From contig NC_042998.1 of the NCBI RefSeq assembly GCF_006345805.1, positions 83,638,001 through 83,702,000 on the forward strand: 64,000 nt of DNA, given 5' to 3'. Shown piece by piece: positions 57,090-64,000 of the stretch; position 1 is the first letter of the stretch; every line of letters starts with the position of its first letter. The stretch comes from Octopus sinensis. Lineage: Eukaryota. The position numbers were made by a program, and so were the translations under genes. The notes under the pieces are model-generated. The model was not told where the DNA came from, did not search any database, and worked only from the letters and a program-made list of their open reading frames with translations.

Positions 57090-57480
57090 TAGAGGATAGT
57101 AGTTTGGGGATCTACAGTTGCAATGTCTCCCAACAATGTAACAAATATGCATATCGGAATGATGGGCAACTTGTTCAAGGAGAGATAAACACAACACCTG
57201 GCGTTATTCAGCGCCAATAAAAGCATGCTACATCCCTGTAAAATATGATATGGATATTGAAAGAAGGTAAAATAAGCAACCCACAAGAAGAATGGAAAAT
57301 TATTGCTAAGGCCAAAAAATACAGAGGACAGGGTACCAAATGTAATCTCTGTTTTACTGAAGAATTTAAACGTTATGCAATCAACAGATAACATCATAAA
57401 TATTAGGGATGAGACCTCTCCCTGCATACACAAACAACACTTTACGCTCAAACACTTGAAAGAGCCACCATCTGCGAGGG
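57090..57480 (+). mobile_element. Second Penelope-like family: GIY-YIG endonuclease remnant
   Basis: STV...NMHIGMMGNLFKER*TQH...KHATSL*..IWILK...EWKIIAKAKKY...KCNLCFTEE...NIRDETSPCIHK matches the YIG.T...FK.RY..H...T.LS.YIW.LK...W.I...C.LCL.EK...N.R.E...C.H pattern. Confidence 0.75.
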
Positions 57481-57850
57481 TAATCCCACCAAGATAACCC
57501 TTTCCTGAACGTGAAATCTAAACACACATAGCACACAAACTTCACGCACAGAAGAAATGTTCCCTAATGACAAACCACCTTAGAGCACAAGTCTAAGTAC
57601 ACCACACCCAGAACAAAAACAAAATATTACAAATTGACCACACAACAGTTTGCCTAAAAGACAAAAGTAAAGTCCCTTGATTCATTGTTTTATTCACGAG
57701 AATTCACTCGAGTCTCCGCGAATTAAATGAGTTTGTATTTTCCAAAATGGAGGCGAGCATTTTTCTCCATGTGATCGGCTTGGAAAATTTTAAAGCACTA
57801 GGATATTTTCCTACTTATTTTTTACATGAAATCAATGGTAGTCTTAAATC

Positions 57851-57890
<40 letters not shown>

Positions 57891-58572
57891 AGAGAGAGAG
57901 AGAGGAAACAACAGAGATAGAAAGCTCTCATATCTCCCATAGCTAGAAAGCTACTCCTTCAAAAGAACTCCTATACTTAACGTCTAGGAAGTTAAATCAG
58001 GCAGATAGGATAGTCTTTTGCCAAATGATATTATAATGCAATGCATGTTAATAACCCGATAAGATATCCATTTCGTTCAATCTCTTCAAAAGTCCCCTTT
58101 GACTACGCAGAATATTCAGTTTCAGTAGAATTGGATAAATACAATTTATAAAAAGTTTTGTTTGTTTTTTGATTCGATACTTGCAGAGAATCAATGGTTT
58201 ACTGACATTTCTTTAAGAGTAGTGGTTCTCAAGGGAATAGTTTGATTTCAATTCATCTTTTGATTCATGAGTGTTAGTTCTGAAATCTCTTTATGGTATC
58301 AGCTTAGAATATGTCAACTAATACCAATCCTATTTTTGCGGCAGACAGACAAACAATACCAAATGACTGTCACAAACAAGAGTATTATCTGACAATGTTT
58401 TTGCTTTCAGCTTATGCTAGGCAATCACCTGCGAATGCAATAAAGAAAAGTTTATATTGTTTAAACAAAGCGAGCTATAAGAAATAACCCAATCGTAAGT
58501 AGTGTTTGAACACTATAGACAAATACAGTTGTATCGAAAATTATAAAACATAAATTCTCAATTTATTAAAAT

Positions 58573-59163
58573 TGTAACGAACTTAGTGAGAGCGAATATA
58601 TCTTCTCTTGTACTTTCGGGGTACAAGAAAGCAATCACTAGCCGTTGCTTTAATAATCCAGAATTCTACCAGTCAGAAACAACAAGACGCAGACGTAAAA
58701 GATATATATACTACTTTATTCTCTGATGTTGTAACAGTAACAATAAGTGGTTATCTGATGTCCTTGGTTCTGGGCGCGCAAGGCTGAAAGTTAATCGATT
58801 GTAATATTTACAATGTTTAGCAGCTAAAACAGAACGGGTTAAAGATGGCGTCCGGAACAGGGAAGATGAATGTGGTCGGCAACAATTTGGTGAAAACCTT
58901 CGGCCGACTGCTATCAGAGCTGGACAGCTAGAAAATATACGTCCGTCGCTGCTGTCCCAAGTCCCCGCTGACTGCTGCTAGTGGTCAAACGTTCTACGAC
59001 CCCCTTGCCTCGCTAACTGCTACGTAGGCAATAGGGTTCTTCTTCCGGTGCTTCGCGCACGCGCGAGAGGGCCCTTCCTCTCTCTTGGTGAAGGCACCAA
59101 CACCACACGCGCGAAATAGAAAATGGACGGTGCGCGCGCGCGCACCGTTATAGGATCACTACA
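58573..59163 (-). repeat. 3' LTR (591 bp)
   Basis: Differs from 60683..61272 by one 1-nt indel and two substitutions; minus-strand AATAAA at 58715..58720. Confidence 0.95.
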
Positions 59164-59166
59164 AGG

Positions 59167-59175
59167 CTCCCCTCC
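59167..59175 (-). other. Polypurine tract
   Basis: Minus-strand GGAGGGGAG, 3 nt before the 3' LTR. Confidence 0.8.
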
Positions 59176-60661
59176 AGTGCGTAGCACGACACAAAATCCT
59201 TTGTAGTGACTTTAAAACTCAAGGTGGACACCCGATAACCAAATAGCACACAATATAATAAGATGGCAAAATTTATAACATACACAAGAAATTTACTAAA
59301 GGAAAAAGAGAAAAAATACTCAATGAGCAAAAATCAAGAGTGCATGCATGAAAGTGTATACGTCACAAAGTATAAAGCCTTCCGCTGACCAGCGGAAGGA
59401 AAGCAAAACTCACAGTTAATGAACCTAGGTGAAATTAAATCCAACTTCTCTAAAGGTAGTTGATCCTGCGAAATAGCAGTTAAATCAATTGCTGCAGGAG
59501 AGGAAATGGAACTGACAGATAGATCGCTAGTAACACAAAAGGCAAAAGTGCAAACATGCTAGTGTGATGCGCGACACAGATAATTTTCTTTTATTTACGT
59601 GACCAACAGTGGTCTAACAGGGAAAAATAATTACGCCTAACCATGGCGCAGCGCATGTGAACATCCGACGTCCTATGAGTCGGGAAAAACTAAGCTACTG
59701 CAAACGTGTTGCAAAAAACAAGGCAAGCACACGTGCGGAGCAAAAGGTGCATGAAATGCAATAGTGCTTGCCAGACCGAAAGACAGCAAATGAACATGCC
59801 AGTGGTTGAGCGATCATATGCCTCGTTCGTACAGGAACAAAGGTATGGCATGCCGGCGCGTTATAATGGACAAACAACCCTCTCTATGTATACGTGACCC
59901 CTAGGGTCTATAGAAATGAGGTGTGTCCACAAAAGGCAAATTTAGCATGGAACAAACAAGCGAGAAAAGCATGTGTGACGTATGTATGTGAGAGAGATAG
60001 CATTTATGTGTGTATACGTGTGTGCGACAAAAATACATACAAGGTGAATGCGAGCAAAAAAATAATACAGCGCATAGAAAAATGTCTCTCATGGCTATCT
60101 CAGACAATGGTTAATTTACCAGTCTGTAATAGCCTGATGCACAATAGCAGTTCGTTCTGTAACAGAAATGTTGAAATCACAAAAATGCAGATGCCGGTTG
60201 AACACAATGTGTAGCGGTTGTAGCTTCGATGATGTGACATGTTAACTGGAACAGAAGAATATCGTAGATAGACGGTGCTGTTTTTCCTTGGTGTGCATAT
60301 GCACATACAGCGTGCACGCTAAAGTTCCGCGAGTTGCTATGTACATCTTGGTCGACGGTGTTGAAAGGCGACTGTAGTGGACTTGAGACAACATCGTTCT
60401 TAGTGATGATGGCGACGAAGATAACGACGACGTGAAGTAGAAAGACGACGATGGCGATGACGAAGGTGGAGAAAAGGCATCGAATATATGATGGCGCCCG
60501 TCATCATTGCTGTAGAATAAGAAAGAGGCTCCTTCTACAACTGTTTGTGGTGGCCGGAAACAAATCATCGAAAGATGATGACTGCGTAGAGTTAAATCGT
60601 GTTCCGACTTCGCAGAAAAACTGGATTTTTTTTTTGTTAAGTGATCTCTGGTTTTAGACCA

Positions 60662-60681
60662 GAATCACGTCGGGGTCACCA
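60662..60681 (-). other. Primer-binding site complementary to the tRNA-Trp(CCA) 3' end
   Basis: Minus strand TGGTGACCCCGACGTGATTC, 1 nt after the 5' LTR. The plus strand GAATCACGTCGGGGTCACCA equals the remembered 3' 20 nt of metazoan tRNA-Trp including CCA. Confidence 0.92.
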
Positions 60682-60682
60682 C

Positions 60683-61272
60683 TGTAACGAACTTAGTGAG
60701 AGCGAATATATCTTCTCTTGTACTTTCGGGGTACAAGAAAGCAATCACTAGCCGTTGCTTTAATAATCCAGAATTCTACCAGTCAGAAACAACAAGACGC
60801 AGACGTAAAAGATATATATACTACTTTATTCTCTGATGTTGTAACAGTAACAATAAGTGGTTATCTGATGTCCTTGGTTCTGGGCGCGCAAGGCTGAAAG
60901 TTAATCGATTGTAATATTTACAATGTTTAGCAGCTAAAACAGAACGGGTTAAAGATGGCGTCCGGAACAGGGAAGATGAATGTGGTCGGCAACATTTGGT
61001 GAAAACCTTCGGCCGACTGCTATCAGAGCTGGACAGCTAGAAAATATACGTCCGTCGCTGCCGTCCCAAGTCCCCGCTGACTGCTGCTAGTGGTCAAACG
61101 TTCTACGACCCCCTTGCCTCGCTAACTGCTACGTAGGCAATAGGGTTCTTCTTCCGGTGCTTCGCGCATGCGCGAGAGGGCCCTTCCTCTCTCTTGGTGA
61201 AGGCACCAACACCACACGCGCGAAATAGAAAATGGACGGTGCGCGCGCGCGCACCGTTATAGGATCACTACA
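60683..61272 (-). repeat. 5' LTR (590 bp)
   Basis: Direct repeat of 58573..59163; adjacent to the PBS. Confidence 0.95.
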
Positions 61273-61870
61273 AAATTATCTACGTTTCCAGAGGGTGTGT
61301 CTTAATTATCAAATGGTAATTATGATCAGCCCTACTTGAGAAGGGGCGATCAACTAAAAATGAAGAATCCGCCAAATTTGACATGCCGTTATGAAAAAGG
61401 ACAGAATTATTGTCTGGTGATAAGAAGACGAGTCGTGGACGCATATTTTTGGTTCAACATCAACAGCACGACAGTTGTATCACCTTATATCCAGTAGGGA
61501 AAGGACTTAAGCTTATACAAAAAGGTGTAAAACAAAGTCATGGCCTTGGTAATATGAATAATCCAAACAAGAATGATCCAACAGAAATAATTCTGAGTGA
61601 CCAGAGACTTGTATTTGAACAGCATAATCAATGGTTTACTGACAGGTATATCAAATACTACAGAACATAATAAATTCTTGATTTATTAAAATTATCTACA
61701 TCTCTAGATGTCTTAATTATCAAATGGAAATTAAGGAGAACTGCGTTTAATAAGGGAGATAATCTCGAGACTCAAGGATCCTCCAAAGTTGACATGCCAT
61801 TAATGAAGAGGACAGGTTTATTATCTGGAGATAAGAGGATGATCGTAAACACGTGTTTCTGGTTCAGTAA
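61273..61870. repeat. Diverged tandem duplication (about 416-bp period once the LTR element is removed)
   Basis: 58551..58572 plus 61277 onward aligns with 61671 onward (taaattct..atttattaaaat tatctac...cttaattatcaaatgg...gacatgcc...ggttca). Confidence 0.75.
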
Positions 61871-62049
61871 CGGTAATAATTGTGTCAGATTTGGATAAAA
61901 GGCCAGCAATGTAATGCAAAATAAAAGACAAGTCAAGTACTGAGGTCGTTGTAATCCAGTTCTCTCTCAAATTTCACTTTGTATCTCAAAGGAATAAAAA
62001 GAAAGAATTGACCCTGGCGGCATTTGAACCTAAAGCGTAAAGACCTTCC

Positions 62050-62710
62050 ATGTTTTAATTGGTTCAATTACTGGAACCTGAAATCAGAACGTGAAACCGG
62101 AAGAAATGCCGCTAAAAATTGCTTTTCCCAACATGGTAACGGTTCTGCCAACTCGCTACCTTTATCTTCAGATAAAATATGGAATCGAGCCTTTCTACGA
62201 CAGACACAAGGTTGAAATCTGATCGACACAGTACTTCACTGGTACTTATTTTATCGATCCCGGGGGATGAAAGGCAAAGTCGACTTCGACGGAATCTGAA
62301 CACGAGTTCTCTCAAATCTCACTTGTATCGATCTCAGAGGAATAAAAAGAAAGAATTGGCCCTGGTGGGATTTGAACCTAGAGCGTAAAGACCTTCCATT
62401 TTTTTCAACTGAACCGCCCCCATACTGGGGTATCGCTTTAAAGGATTTTAGTCGAGTAAATTGACAGCTGAATGAAATACTGCTAAGCACTTTTCCCGGC
62501 AAAGTAACGGTTCTGCCAACTCGCCGCCTTTGTCTTCCTCCAAAATACTGATTTCATATTTTGAGACAAGGCTAGTAATTTCGGTGAGGAGTTGTTGATT
62601 GCATCGACACCAGTACTTAACTGGTATCTATTCCATCGACGAAAGAGAAAATCGGCATCAGTGGTATTTGAACTCGGAATGCAAGGAGCCAGAAGAAATG
62701 CTGCTAACAG
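62050..62710 (-). mobile_element. Rearranged minus-strand cluster of the second SINE family
   Basis: ggatgaaaggcaaagtcgac and ggttctgccaactcgc recur; a segment of about 100 bp (61950..62055) is duplicated at 62305..62405. Confidence 0.6.
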
Positions 62711-62809
62711 TCGACAATGTATGAAAACAGATAAATTCAAAAGAGCTTTAAAAAAAAACAAAAAAAAAAACAGTGAAGAATTGTACATCGGAAAATTTTA
62801 GGAGTAAAG

Positions 62810-62902
62810 CAGTATGTGTGCGCGCACATGCATATACATACGCATATATACATACATATATGTGTGTTTGTGCACACGCACATACACACACACATATATA
62901 TA

Positions 62903-62964
<62 letters not shown>

Positions 62965-63095
62965 GTATGTATGTATGCATATGTGTGAGTATATATATAC
63001 GCGCGCATGGATGCATATATGTGTATGTGTGGACAGAGAGAAGACTGAGAGAAAAAGAGACAGACAGACAGACAGACAGATAGACAGACAGATAC
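62810..63095. repeat. Compound (CA)/(TA)/(TG)/(GACA) microsatellite
   Basis: Directly visible; source of the spurious ORFs at 62748..63110. Confidence 0.95.
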
Positions 63096-64000
63096 AGCTG
63101 CGGTGAGCATCTTTATCTTTGTTCAATTTCCGGACAATAATAACCCATATTATGTTATCATGTCACGGAAAGTACGTACGATTAAAAGCATTGAATTATG
63201 GGATGTTGTGAGTAAATCCTCTTTTATTTTTATATATTTATTCTTCGTGCCTGTTTAATGTCAAAGGTAAATGTTACACATCCGTGAAAAGTACATAAAT
63301 CTATGTAGCCTGTTATTGGTTTCAAATTTTAACACAGGGGCAGCAATTTCGGTGGTGGGAAGTAAGTCGATTATATCGAACGTAGTACGCAACTGTTACT
63401 TATTTTATCGACTCCGAAAGAATGAAAGGCAAAGTCGACCTCGGCAGAATTGGAACTCAAAAGTGAAGACGAACGAAATGCTGCTAAGCATTTTGTCCAG
63501 CGTGATAACGACTCTACTAGCGCGCCACTTTCTTGAAGTCTGGTATCAATCCATTTTAACCCACTGTCCTCGTTTGAGGACAGTTGTATTTGGTTTGTTT
63601 ACTGCAATAAAGGTTAATTGAACGCAAACCATTGTATTTGGTTTATTTACTGCAACAGTGGTCAACTGAACGCTTCCGTATGTTTCTTATTCCTATTCAT
63701 ATAACTATCTTCAAAATTTCGACAGGGTTAACCTGAGTTAAAATGGGTTAACTGCTACCAGGAGAAACATGCATGAAATAATAAGGTGTAGTGAATCTTG
63801 CATGCATGAAGTGGATTCGATCCACCATAGCCAAATTTAAATTAACGCTGCAACAGAAATGTTCCCATGGTGGAACAATGGTTTTTCTCTGACAGCAGTT
63901 TTACATTTTCCAGATGCCTTTAGCTCGGCCGAAATAATGTCTTCACCACTTGACCCTTTCTAACCTCTTCTACTTCACCAAAAGCTAGACCACCAACTAA

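Larger units (their letters stand above)
58573..61272 (-). mobile_element. Non-autonomous LTR retrotransposon, 2700 bp (Ty3/Gypsy-type cis signals, no gag/pol)
   Basis: Two LTRs with TGTA...TACA ends, 4-bp TSD AAAT (58569..58572 and 61273..61276), tRNA-Trp PBS and PPT. The 1519-bp interior has no retroviral ORF. Confidence 0.95.

Noticed and set aside
58573-59163. LTR retrozyme (hammerhead in the LTR)
   Set aside because: No CTGANGA core found on either strand of the LTR or the interior.
60242-60568. 108-aa ORF downstream of the PBS as gag
   Set aside because: Low-complexity Ser-rich sequence with no capsid or zinc-knuckle features; the other interior ORFs are equally uninformative.

Overview
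AT-rich, repeat-dense animal genomic DNA. The repeat landscape (tRNA-headed SINEs with central TA/TG microsatellites, RTE/CR1/Penelope retroelements, mariners) strongly resembles Octopus genomes; this is an inference. One host gene could be reconstructed: a 10-exon pyridoxal kinase (PDXK) on the + strand, CDS 9540..51043, 909 nt, 302 aa, all introns GT-AG with consistent phases. Almost everything else is mobile DNA. The main elements are a full-length mariner one base from intact (17333..18624), a compound non-autonomous Helitron upstream of PDXK (7142..8145), two CR1 copies, several RTE fragments, two Penelope-like elements, an R4/Dong-like fragment, Tc1 and hAT MITEs, and a 12-copy head-to-tail SINE array. 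There is also a young non-coding LTR retroelement (58573..61272) with a tRNA-Trp PBS, PPT and 4-bp TSD. The most unusual signals are two families of hammerhead-ribozyme-like motifs and a 276-bp near-perfect palindrome in intron 3. One hammerhead family lies in a tRNA-headed Penelope-associated unit (three copies); the other is an inverted pair at 13583..13897. All alignments and translations were done by eye, and family names come from remembered motifs, not database searches. TE fragment boundaries are approximate unless TSDs or termini are quoted.
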